This document shows, piece by piece, positions 1-10,074 of a stretch of 64,000 bases of DNA. How positions within the stretch are numbered: position 1 is the first letter of the stretch; every line of letters begins with the position of its first letter. The stretch is from Collinsella sp. (GTDB taxonomy: Bacteria > Actinomycetota > Coriobacteriia > Coriobacteriales > Coriobacteriaceae). The notes below the pieces were generated by a model. It did no database searches, was not told the DNA's origin, and saw only the letters and a program-made list of their open reading frames with translations. The stretch is from the NCBI GenBank assembly GCA_014871665.1, contig WGSL01000002.1, forward strand, positions 144 through 64,143, given 5' to 3'. A program made the translations under genes and the position numbers.

Positions 1-328
1 TCTGCATCTTGTACTCGTGCAGCTCGTCCTCGAGCTGGCGCACGCGGGCACGGAGTTTTTCGTTCTCGCGCTCGCGCTCCTCAGCACGCTCCTTCATATC
101 GAGGATGCGCACCACGCCGGCAAGGTTGATGCCCTCGTCGGTCAGCTGGTTGATGAGCTCTAGGCGCTCGATATCGGCGCGCGAATACAGGCGCGTGTTG
201 CCGCCCGAGCGCTGGGGGTTCACCAGGCCCTTGGACTCGTAGACGCGCAGAGTCTGCGGATGCATGCCGGTCAACTCGGCCGCCACGCTGATCATGTACA
301 GCGGTTTATTCCTATTGTCCTCGGCCAT
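1..328 (-). CDS. hspR: HspR-like MerR-family heat-shock repressor (3' end cut by window edge)
   Basis: Minus-strand ORF with ATG at 326-328 (rc). It translates MAEDNRNKPLYMISVAAELTGMHPQTLRVYESKGLVNPQRSGGNTRLYS..., a MerR-type HTH. It is the last gene of a dnaK-grpE-dnaJ-hspR arrangement typical of Actinomycetota. Confidence 0.8.
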   Translation of the reverse strand, partial: MAEDNRNKPLYMISVAAELTGMHPQTLRVYESKGLVNPQRSGGNTRLYSRADIERLELINQLTDEGINLAGVVRILDMKERAEERERENEKLRARVRQLEDELHEYKMQ

Positions 329-400
329 GCTACCTGACCCCTTTCCGTCTCGTTATCGTCCATCATAAGCCCGCGGGCGCGGGCGTGCGCCACGACCGCC

Positions 401-1366
401 CTAGTACGTCGCCTTGTAACGGTTGACCTTCTCGCGATAATCGCGCGTGTCGGCCTCGCGCAGCTTGGTCATAGCATCGCGCTCGTCATCGGACAGGTTC
501 GTGGGGACCTGTACCTTGATTTCGACGAGCAGCGCGCCTGTGCGGCCACGGTGCTTAACGTCGGGCGCGCCCATCTCCTTAAAGCGGAACTTCTTGCCCG
601 TCTGGGTGCCAGCGGGCACCTTCAGACGAACCGTCGCGCCGCCGGGCGTGGGCACATCAACCGTGCAGCCAAGCGCCGCCTCGTAGACCGAGATCGGCAC
701 CTCCATGGTCACATCGGCACCCTTGCGCTTAAACAGCGGGTGCTCCTCCACATGCGTGGTCACGACCAGGTCGCCGCGCTCGCCGCCGGCAACGCCATAC
801 TCGCCGCGACGCTTGTAGCGTAGCTTGCCGCCGTCGACCGCGCCCGCGGGCACCGAGACCGTAATGGTCTGCTGCTCGCCTGTCGAGGGAATGCGATAGG
901 TGACCTTGTGCGTCACGCCGCGAAACGCGTCCTCGGCCGTCACATCGACGGTCAGCGACAGGTCGCCGCCCTTGCGAGCACGGCTGCGACCCGCGCCGGC
1001 ACCGGCAGCGCCCGCAGCCCCGGCAAAGCCCGAGCCCCAATCGCTGCCCCAGGCGCCGTTGCCGCTAAAGATGCTGTCGAAGATGTCGCCCCAGCCGCTG
1101 GCACCCGCGCCGGCACCGTAGCCGCCGCCATACGCGCCGCCCGCGCCCGGCATGCCGCCAAACATGAGCATCTGGTCGTACTCTTTGCGCTTCTTCTCGT
1201 CCGAAAGCGTCTCGTAGGCCTCGCTGATCTCCTTGAACTTGGCCTCGTCGCCGCCGGCATCGGGGTGATATTTTTGCGCGAGCTTGCGAAACGCGCTCTT
1301 GATCTCTTTGTCGGAGGCGCTCTTGGATACGCCCAGGATGTCATAGAAGGTTTTGCCTGCAGCCAT
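401..1366 (-). CDS. dnaJ: DnaJ-family co-chaperone, class II (no zinc finger)
   Basis: 321 aa with a J domain (YDILGV...KYHPDAGGD), a Gly/Phe-rich linker and C-terminal substrate-binding domains. No CxxCxGxG repeats are visible. Confidence 0.9.
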   Translation of the reverse strand: MAAGKTFYDILGVSKSASDKEIKSAFRKLAQKYHPDAGGDEAKFKEISEAYETLSDEKKRKEYDQMLMFGGMPGAGGAYGGGYGAGAGASGWGDIFDSIFSGNGAWGSDWGSGFAGAAGAAGAGAGRSRARKGGDLSLTVDVTAEDAFRGVTHKVTYRIPSTGEQQTITVSVPAGAVDGGKLRYKRRGEYGVAGGERGDLVVTTHVEEHPLFKRKGADVTMEVPISVYEAALGCTVDVPTPGGATVRLKVPAGTQTGKKFRFKEMGAPDVKHRGRTGALLVEIKVQVPTNLSDDERDAMTKLREADTRDYREKVNRYKATY

Positions 1367-1473
1367 CGTAGCTCCTCTCCTGTTTCATCCGCCGCCCAGC
1401 GGGCGGCGGCTCATGCTTTCATATGGCACTAGGCCAGAAAGGGCCCCGGGTGTTGCCCCGGGGCCCTTCTCAA

Positions 1474-2316
1474 TTACTCCTCGGTGCTCTCGGCCGTATC
1501 GGCCGCAGCATCCTCGGGCGCCGCTTCGGGCTCCGGTGCGGGGCGTTTCTCGCCGCCGTAGGTCACCGTCACCATCGCGGAACGCAGGATGCGATCCGCC
1601 ATGCGGTAGCCCTTCTGGTACACGTCGTTGACGGTCTCATCGTACTGCGACGCGTCCTCGACGCGACCCACGGCTTGGTGCTCGAGCGGATCGAACGCCT
1701 CGCCCTTGGGGTCGATGGGCTCAACGCCCTCGTGCGCAAACACATCGAGCAGCTTGGCATGCACCGCGTCGACACCGTCGACGAACTGCTTAAAGTCGTC
1801 GGCAAGCTCCTGGCTGCGGGCATGGTCGATCGCACGCTCGATATCGTCGACCACCGGCAGCAGCGCGGTGACGAGCTTCTCGGTCGCGCGCTCGCGCTCG
1901 GCGATACGCTCATTGGCGGTGCGGCGACGGAAGTTCTCCCAGTCGGCCTGCAGACGGGCGGTGCGCTCGGTGGCGTCCTTTGCCTTGTCCTCGGCGGCCT
2001 TCTGAGCCTCTGCCGCAGCATCGAGCTCGTTGCGCACGTCGGCAAGCTCTTTCTGAGCCTGCTCGAACTTGAGCTTAAAGTCGTTGTCGGCGGCTTCCTC
2101 ACCGGCGCGGATAGCGGCTTCCACCATCTCGTCCTCGGTCATCGTCGCCTCCTTGTTGGAATCCTCTACTTGGTTCTCGGCAGCCTCGGCGGCCGGGGCC
2201 TCGTTGGCCTCGGTATCGTCAACGGCCTCTACGGGAATCTTCACGTCCTTCTCCTCAGAGTCAACGGGGGCGGCACCAACGGCGGCCGCCTCCGTGCGAG
2301 CTTTACGGGCGGACAT
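1474..2316 (-). CDS. grpE: Nucleotide exchange factor GrpE
   Basis: 280 aa with an acidic N-terminus followed by a GrpE core (DWENFRRRTANE ... VYQKGYRMADRILRSAMVTV). The ATG lies 2 nt after the dnaK stop. Confidence 0.9.
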   Translation of the reverse strand: MSARKARTEAAAVGAAPVDSEEKDVKIPVEAVDDTEANEAPAAEAAENQVEDSNKEATMTEDEMVEAAIRAGEEAADNDFKLKFEQAQKELADVRNELDAAAEAQKAAEDKAKDATERTARLQADWENFRRRTANERIAERERATEKLVTALLPVVDDIERAIDHARSQELADDFKQFVDGVDAVHAKLLDVFAHEGVEPIDPKGEAFDPLEHQAVGRVEDASQYDETVNDVYQKGYRMADRILRSAMVTVTYGGEKRPAPEPEAAPEDAAADTAESTEE

Positions 2317-2318
2317 GA

Positions 2319-4211
<1,893 letters not shown>

Positions 4212-4474
4212 TAGAAATTCCCTCTCTCTTGTGCGTTCGCGCCGACTCGGCGGTCTGCCGCGCGGCGCTTCGGCTTGTCTTTCAGGATGTAGTGTATCCC
4301 CTTATGGGCCGGAATATACAAAATCTAAGTCAATTCATATAAGATTTCTTATCTCTGAGAGTTTAGGTTCTTAAATGCGCAGGTAGATGCGCTGATTGAG
4401 TTCTCGGCAAATCTATCGAGATCTATGTAGAGATGGCTGAGGTTTGGGTCCGGGGGCGCCTGGGGCTGCCTTGT

Positions 4475-4602
4475 GGAAAGCTCGTCCCGGTTTGAGCGTG
4501 GATTCCGGGTCGCAGTTTCCGCTGGCGGACCCAACCGGAAACTGCAACCCGTTTTTCGACAAAATAATGGGATGCGGTTTCCGCAAGCACGCTCAATCGC
4601 CC
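4475..4602. repeat. D-type intergenic repeat, copy 1 (alternating-orientation GGGTCGCNNTTTCCG units)
   Basis: Units ggaaagctcgtccc / cgggtcgcagtttccg / ccggaaactgcaaccc / gggatgcggtttccg end in caagcacgctcaatcgcc. Homologous blocks occur at 19431-19608 and 22612-22712. Confidence 0.7.
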
Positions 4603-4806
4603 TATATTTCAAGTCACCTTTAGCTAACATTTACGCAGCTCAACGGCCCCACCTGCGTGTTTTTTAGTAAACCTTGGCATACTCGGCGAACGGTATGAAG
4701 ATGCCGGTCAGAGGGTATTGCAAACGGTCGCTCCCGTGGTATGTTTTTGCCCGAATCAAACCGGCGCGCATCGCCTGTAGCGTCGGTCAACAGAGAGGAA
4801 ACTACC

Positions 4807-4992
4807 ATGGCTCATCCCGTAATTGATGCCGACGAGTGCATCGCTTGTGGCGTTTGCGTCGACTCCTGCCCCGCTGGCGTTCTGGAGCTCCAGGACGTCG
4901 CTACCGTCGCTGACGAGGACTCCTGCGTCGCCTGTGGCGCTTGCCAGGACGCTTGCCCCGCTGGCGCGATCACCGAGATCGTCGAGGAGTAA
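4807..4992 (+). CDS. Small 2x[4Fe-4S] ferredoxin
   Basis: The ATG at 4807 gives 61 aa, MAHPVIDADECIACGVCVDSCPAG...CVACGACQDACPAG, with two CxxCxxCxxxCP motifs. The tracked ORF start at 4741 is probably too far upstream. Confidence 0.85.
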   Translation: MAHPVIDADECIACGVCVDSCPAGVLELQDVATVADEDSCVACGACQDACPAGAITEIVEE

Positions 4993-5033
4993 CAACTCCC
5001 CCACCTGCACACTCAAAAGTACACCGTGCACAA

Positions 5034-5071
5034 AAAAGGAGGCCTCCGCATCGCCGCGGAGGCCTCCTTTT
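5034..5071. terminator. Hairpin terminator between ferredoxin and niaR (convergent)
   Basis: aaaggaggcctccgc-atcgcc-gcggaggcctccttt forms a 15-bp perfect stem flanked by an A-run and a T-run. Confidence 0.65.
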
Positions 5072-5107
5072 GCATGTGTGGGCAGCTAATTTGGAGCGGG
5101 ACCCTTG

Positions 5108-5178
5108 GCAGTTGCGGTGGAATAGTTCCTGGCTCATTGCTTAGGTGCCGATTGTAGGAACTATTTCACCGCAACTTA
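5108..5178 (+). repeat. A-type hairpin repeat, copy 1
   Basis: Arms agttgcggtggaatagttcct (5110-5130) and aggaactatttcaccgcaact (5156-5176) pair with one G-U position. The same arms occur inverted at 26957-27023. Confidence 0.8.
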
Positions 5179-5194
5179 TAAAGACGGTGTCGGG

Positions 5195-5740
5195 CTAGGA
5201 CAAATCATCCTCGTAGGGCATTAAATCGGCAAGGTAGCCCTTCTCCTTGAGCATGGCCTCGATCTCGTCGAGGGTTTGCTCATCCTCCGCCGCAATGCGA
5301 TGGAAGTGATAGCCGCTGGTCACCGTCAGCAGCGGGAAGCTCTTGCCGCTGGCGATGCCCTCTAGGTAGCGCTCGACATCGCGGCGGTTGCGGATGTCCA
5401 AGTCGGCCGTGATCTTACCGTACACGCGGTGATTGACGATCACGTTGAGCACGGCACCACCGGCGTCGACGATACTCGTGAGCTCATCGCCTGCCTGCTC
5501 CACGCCGTGGCGAACCTTGACCAAGCGCGTGGGCACAGCGGGGCTGCTGGGGGCTTCCTGCAGCACGTAGCCGCGGTTGGTCGCCACGATATCGTGCCCA
5601 TCGGCGCGCAGCAGGGCGATGTCCTGCACCACGACCTGGCGGCTCACACCCACCTCGCGGGCAAGCGCGCTGCCCGATACGGGCCCCTTGGCTCCCTCGA
5701 GCACGGCCATGATGGCACGGCGACGCTCGCGGGCGTTCAT
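5195..5740 (-). CDS. niaR: NiaR (YrxA-type) niacin-responsive repressor of NAD biosynthesis
   Basis: 181 aa with an N-terminal HTH (GPVSGSALAREVGVSRQVVVQDIALLR) and a C-terminal 3H-like domain. It overlaps the nadC stop by 1 nt and sits at the end of the nadABC operon. Confidence 0.8.
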   Translation of the reverse strand: MNARERRRAIMAVLEGAKGPVSGSALAREVGVSRQVVVQDIALLRADGHDIVATNRGYVLQEAPSSPAVPTRLVKVRHGVEQAGDELTSIVDAGGAVLNVIVNHRVYGKITADLDIRNRRDVERYLEGIASGKSFPLLTVTSGYHFHRIAAEDEQTLDEIEAMLKEKGYLADLMPYEDDLS

Positions 5741-6600
5741 TATTTACCGTCCAGCAGACGCAGGTGCTTAAGCGAGAGGTCGAGGATCGGCGCGGAGTGC
5801 GTCAGGGCGCCCGAGCTAATGTAGTCGACGCCCAGATCAGCCAGGGCGCGAATGTTGTCGGCGTCCACATTGCCCGAGCACTCGGTCTTGGCACGACCGG
5901 CGATAAGCTCGATGGCGGCGGCCATGTCGTCATGGGTCATGTTGTCGAACATGATAATGTCGGCACCGGCCTCCACGGCTTCGCGTACCATGTCCAGGTT
6001 CTCGCACTCAATCTCGACCGTCGTGGTAAACGACGCGTGGGCGCGCGCCATCTCGATCGCGCGCGTCACGCCACCGGCGGCATCGATGTGGTTGTCCTTG
6101 AGCATGACGGCTGTCGACAGGTTGTAGCGATGGTTGCTGCCGCCGCCGATCTCGACCGCGGCCTTCTCGAAGACGCGCATGCCCGGCGTGGTCTTGCGTG
6201 TGTCGACGAGCACGGTCTTGGTACCCTCGAGCGCCGCTGCCATTCTGTGCGTATAGGTAGCGATACCGCTCATGCGCTGCAGGTAGTTGAGCGCCACGCG
6301 CTCGCCCGAAAGCAGCACGCGCGCATCGCCGCGCACCTGGCCCACGTGGTCGCCGGCGTGTACCTCGTCACCGTCGGCAACATCAAACAGCACCGAGCTC
6401 TGCGGATCCAGCAGCTCAAAGGTGCGAGCGAACACGTCCAGACCGGCGATGATGCCATCGGCCTTGGCGATGAGCTCCACCGTGGCGGGGCGCGCCGTGG
6501 AACACACACTCGCCGTGCTCACATCCTCAAACGTGATGTCCTCGCGTAGAGCCTGCAGAATCAGATCATCGACGACGAGCTTCATGGTAATGGGATTCAT
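5740..6600 (-). CDS. nadC: Nicotinate-nucleotide pyrophosphorylase (quinolinate phosphoribosyltransferase)
   Basis: 286 aa, typical NadC (LLSGERVALNYLQRMSGIAT ... DTRKTTPGMR ... MLKDNHI). Confidence 0.92.
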   Translation of the reverse strand: MNPITMKLVVDDLILQALREDITFEDVSTASVCSTARPATVELIAKADGIIAGLDVFARTFELLDPQSSVLFDVADGDEVHAGDHVGQVRGDARVLLSGERVALNYLQRMSGIATYTHRMAAALEGTKTVLVDTRKTTPGMRVFEKAAVEIGGGSNHRYNLSTAVMLKDNHIDAAGGVTRAIEMARAHASFTTTVEIECENLDMVREAVEAGADIIMFDNMTHDDMAAAIELIAGRAKTECSGNVDADNIRALADLGVDYISSGALTHSAPILDLSLKHLRLLDGK

Positions 6601-6603
6601 GGT

Positions 6604-8007
6604 CTACTCCTCCACGGCCTGCGTGCCAGCGGCACGGGCCAAATCATCGATTGCCAGGGAGTCGGCGCTCAGGGCGCGATGACGCCCGTCGAGCGCGGGC
6701 TCGCCCGCCTGCTCCACGGCGAGCGACTCGCCGGTGCGCATGCACCAGGCGGCACGGCGGCCCCAAACCAGGGACTCGAGCAGGCTGTTGGAAGCCAGGC
6801 GATTCTTGCCGTGCACGCCGTTGCAGGCCGTCTCACCGGCTGCGTAGAGCTCGGGCATCGAGGTGCGGCCGTCCTTGTCGACCCACACGCCGCCCATAAA
6901 GTAGTGCTGCGTAGGCGTAACGGGGATGGGCTCGTCCAAGATGTCGCGGCCGTCCTCCAAGCAGCGTGCGCGAATGTTGGCAAAGTGCCCGGTCACTACA
7001 TCGCGCTCAACGGGGGCAAAGCTCAGCCACTCGTGCTCGGTACCGTCCTGCTTCATCTGCTCGCGAATAGCGGCAGCGACCACATCGCGCGGCTGAAGCT
7101 CGTCGGTAAAGCGCTCACCGGCGGCATTGAGCAGAATCGCGCCCTCGCCGCGGCAGCTCTCGCTGATCAGGAACGTGCGGCCTGGCTGCGGCGAGAACAG
7201 ACCCGTGGGGTGAATCTGCACGTAGTCCAGGTGCTCCATCTTAATGCCATGCTCCTGAGCGATGTAGCAGGCATCGCCCGTGAGCTGCGGATAGTTGGTC
7301 GAGTGGTCGTATACGCCGCCGATGCCGCCCGTTGCCCACAGCGTGTGACGGGCGCGGATCTTAAACGGCTCGCCGGCATGCGCGCCCTCGGCGGCATTTA
7401 CCAGCTCGTCGGCGGGACGAACCGAGTTGTCCTCGTCCACGGGAACGGCGACGACACCGGCACACACCGTGGCGCCGTCACGCTCGCCCGTCAGGATGTC
7501 GGTCATGGCCACGTGCTCCAAAATCTGCACGTTATCCAGTTTGCGAACGGCTTGGAGCAGCTTGGTCGTGATCTCCTTGCCCGTAATGTCGGCATGGAAG
7601 GCAATGCGGGGGCGGCTGTGCGCGCCCTCGCGGGTAAAGTCGAGGCTGCCGTCGGCCTTGCGCTCAAAGTCCACGCCCATCGCCAGCAGGTCGTTGATGA
7701 CCGAGCGGCTCGAACGGATCATGATGTCGACGCTCTCGCGGCGGTTCTCGTAGTGGCCGGCGTGCATGGTGTCCTCAAAGAAGGCATCGTAGTCCGAGCC
7801 CTCGGGCAGCACGCAAATGCCGCCCTGCGCGAGCATCGAATCGCACTCGTCGACAGCGCCCTTGGAGAGCATGATCACGCGCATGCTCGTCGGCAGGTTG
7901 AGGGCCGCGTACAGACCCGCCACGCCGCAGCCGGCAATAACGACGTCGCACTCCATATCGGGGTATTGCTTGGTTTCCACAGGAATCCTCTCCCTTGAAT
8001 GTGACAT
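6604..8007 (-). CDS. nadB: L-aspartate oxidase
   Basis: FAD motif DVVIAGCGVAGLYAAL. The start is placed at ATG 8007 (GAGGGA 9 nt upstream) because the upstream 84 codons of the tracked ORF are Arg/Ser/Pro-rich and overlap nadA. Confidence 0.88.
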   Translation of the reverse strand: MSHSRERIPVETKQYPDMECDVVIAGCGVAGLYAALNLPTSMRVIMLSKGAVDECDSMLAQGGICVLPEGSDYDAFFEDTMHAGHYENRRESVDIMIRSSRSVINDLLAMGVDFERKADGSLDFTREGAHSRPRIAFHADITGKEITTKLLQAVRKLDNVQILEHVAMTDILTGERDGATVCAGVVAVPVDEDNSVRPADELVNAAEGAHAGEPFKIRARHTLWATGGIGGVYDHSTNYPQLTGDACYIAQEHGIKMEHLDYVQIHPTGLFSPQPGRTFLISESCRGEGAILLNAAGERFTDELQPRDVVAAAIREQMKQDGTEHEWLSFAPVERDVVTGHFANIRARCLEDGRDILDEPIPVTPTQHYFMGGVWVDKDGRTSMPELYAAGETACNGVHGKNRLASNSLLESLVWGRRAAWCMRTGESLAVEQAGEPALDGRHRALSADSLAIDDLARAAGTQAVEE

Positions 8008-8035
8008 AAGGGACCGTCCCTCATGCCGCATTGTT

Positions 8036-9064
8036 CTAGCACGCTGCGTACTCGAGCATGCGGTCGAGCGTGAGCTTGGCCTGATCGGCGGCCTCGTCCG
8101 ACACGCCAATCTGCACCTCGCCCTCGCCCGTCTCCAGGCAGCGCACGAGCTTTTCGAGCGTGATGAGATCCATGTTGACGCAGGTGGGCTGCACCGCGGG
8201 GAAGTGGAACTTCTTGCCGGTGCCCTGGCAGCGGCGCTCGAGCTCGTAGAGCACGCCACGGACCGTCACGATAATGAACTCGCTCGCGTCGGACTCCTCG
8301 GCGTACTTGATGATGCCGGCGGTGGAGCCGATGTAGTCGGCCTCGGCCAAGACGTCGGCCTTGCACTCAGGATGCGCCAGCACGAGCGCGTCGGGGTGGG
8401 CCTCCGTCGCGTCGACAATCTGCTCGACGGTGATGATGTGATGGCGCGGGCAGTAGCCGTTGTTGAGAATGACGTGCTTTTGCGGCACCTGCTCGGCTAC
8501 GAAGCGGCCGAGGTTTTGGTCGGGAATGAACAGGATATGCTGCTGCGGCAGCTCGGACACGATCTTGACGGCGTTGGAGCTGGTGACGCACACGTCGCTC
8601 CAGCTCTTGATCTCGACCGTGGAGTTGACGTAGCAGACCACGGCCAGGTCGTCGCCGTACTCGGCGCGCGCCGCGTCGACCGTCTCGCGCTTGACCATAT
8701 GAGCCATGGGGCAGTCCGCGCCCGGCTCGGGCAGCAGCACGGTCTTGGTGGGGTTGAGCAGCTTGGCGCTCTCGCCCATAAACTCCACGCCGCACAGCAC
8801 GATGGTCTGCTGCGGCAGGCTCTTGGCGAGCTTAGCCAGGTAGAAGCTGTCGCCGACGTAATCGGCCACAGCCTGGACCTCGGGTGCCACGTAATAGTGT
8901 GCCAGGATCACCGCGTCGCGTTGGGTTTTAAGTTGCTGAATGGCCTCGACGAGCTCTGCGGGCACCAATGCCGCGCGCTCCGTTGCCGTCGTTGCCGATG
9001 CCAGGCCGGCCGCGATATCGCGTGCAAGCTCCGATGCATCCATGTTCGCGCTCTGTGCCATCAA
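8036..9064 (-). CDS. nadA: Quinolinate synthase
   Basis: 342 aa NadA (ILAHYYVAPEVQ ... CPMAHM ... LAHPEC). Confidence 0.93.
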   Translation of the reverse strand: MMAQSANMDASELARDIAAGLASATTATERAALVPAELVEAIQQLKTQRDAVILAHYYVAPEVQAVADYVGDSFYLAKLAKSLPQQTIVLCGVEFMGESAKLLNPTKTVLLPEPGADCPMAHMVKRETVDAARAEYGDDLAVVCYVNSTVEIKSWSDVCVTSSNAVKIVSELPQQHILFIPDQNLGRFVAEQVPQKHVILNNGYCPRHHIITVEQIVDATEAHPDALVLAHPECKADVLAEADYIGSTAGIIKYAEESDASEFIIVTVRGVLYELERRCQGTGKKFHFPAVQPTCVNMDLITLEKLVRCLETGEGEVQIGVSDEAADQAKLTLDRMLEYAAC

Positions 9065-9102
9065 GGCCCCTCTCTTTTGGCGAATCTTGGGGCTTTAGTA
9101 TG

Positions 9103-9146
9103 ACACCTAGGTTTACAGCTGACAAGACAGCTGTAAACCTAGGTGT
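9103..9146. promoter_or_regulatory. Perfect 19+19 bp palindrome upstream of nadA, candidate NiaR operator
   Basis: ACACCTAGGTTTACAGCTG-acaaga-CAGCTGTAAACCTAGGTGT lies 39 nt upstream of the nadA ATG, in the divergent region shared with the LytTR regulator. Confidence 0.55.
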
Positions 9147-9351
9147 AAAGTTGAAATAAAGATTCAATCATGCGGCAGGTCCATTTTCGAACTGGCAAGC
9201 TGAGGATAGCCGAGCTCTCGATAGCGCAGGAGGCATCTTTCGCCACCGCAATACCGCTCGGCGCGAGTTGCGCACCATGAGGCACGAACGGGCGCTCCCC
9301 CGCGAGCGGCACGCGCCCAATGTGGCAAAATCGAACTACTAAGGGGCCCGA

Positions 9352-10074
9352 ATGCTCAAGATTATTGCCTGCGACGATGACGTCGCTTTTCTAGATAGAC
9401 TGCACCGGATGATCGACCGTTGGTCGACCGAGACGGGCACGGCGGTCGATGTTGCACTCGTCACGCGCGGCGAGGATCTGCTGGCACGCCATGCCGCATC
9501 GCGCGCCGACATTATCATGCTCGACATGATCATGCCGCTCGTCAACGGCATGGACACCGCCCGCGAGCTGCGCCAATCCGATACCGCCGTGCGCTTGGTA
9601 TTTCTGACCTCATCGCCCGAGTTCGCGCTTGAGTCCTACGAGGTCCGCGCCTTCGACTACCTGCTCAAACCCGTGACCTACGAGCGCGTGGCGCAACTGC
9701 TCGACGAGCTGTCGAGCCTGCGTCCGGCAACGATCGACGAACTCGTCATCAAGACGTCCTTTGGCTACCATGCCCTGCGCCTATCCGATATCGAATATGC
9801 CGAGGCTCGCAACAAGCACGTGGTCTTCCACCTGCGCGATGGCCGCGATATCGAGGCGCTCGAGCCGTTCCGCAGCATCGAGGACCGGCTGGCCCAAAAC
9901 GCGACCTTCTTTAAGTGCCACCGCAGCTACCAGGTCAATCTGCGCAACATCGACCACTTTAACCGCACGGAAATCGTCATGCGCTCGGGCGTGTGCATAC
10001 CGCTCGCGCGCAGCTGCAAGCAGGGATTCCAAGACGCCTACTTTGCGGTGCGGTTCGAGGGCGGGAGACGCTGA
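9352..10074 (+). CDS. LytTR-family response regulator
   Basis: 240 aa with a receiver domain (IIACDDD ... IIMLDMIMP) and a LytTR DNA-binding domain (FFKCHRSYQVNLRNI). Confidence 0.9.
   Translation: MLKIIACDDDVAFLDRLHRMIDRWSTETGTAVDVALVTRGEDLLARHAASRADIIMLDMIMPLVNGMDTARELRQSDTAVRLVFLTSSPEFALESYEVRAFDYLLKPVTYERVAQLLDELSSLRPATIDELVIKTSFGYHALRLSDIEYAEARNKHVVFHLRDGRDIEALEPFRSIEDRLAQNATFFKCHRSYQVNLRNIDHFNRTEIVMRSGVCIPLARSCKQGFQDAYFAVRFEGGRR

Noticed and set aside
9-242. 77-aa plus-strand ORF at the left edge
   Set aside because: It is antisense to the clearly MerR-like hspR reading frame and is Ser/Arg-rich.
8008-8259. N-terminal 84-codon extension of the nadB ORF
   Set aside because: It overlaps the 3' end of nadA and translates to Arg/Ser/Pro/Cys-rich sequence. 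A good RBS precedes the internal ATG at 8007, just upstream of the FAD-binding motif.
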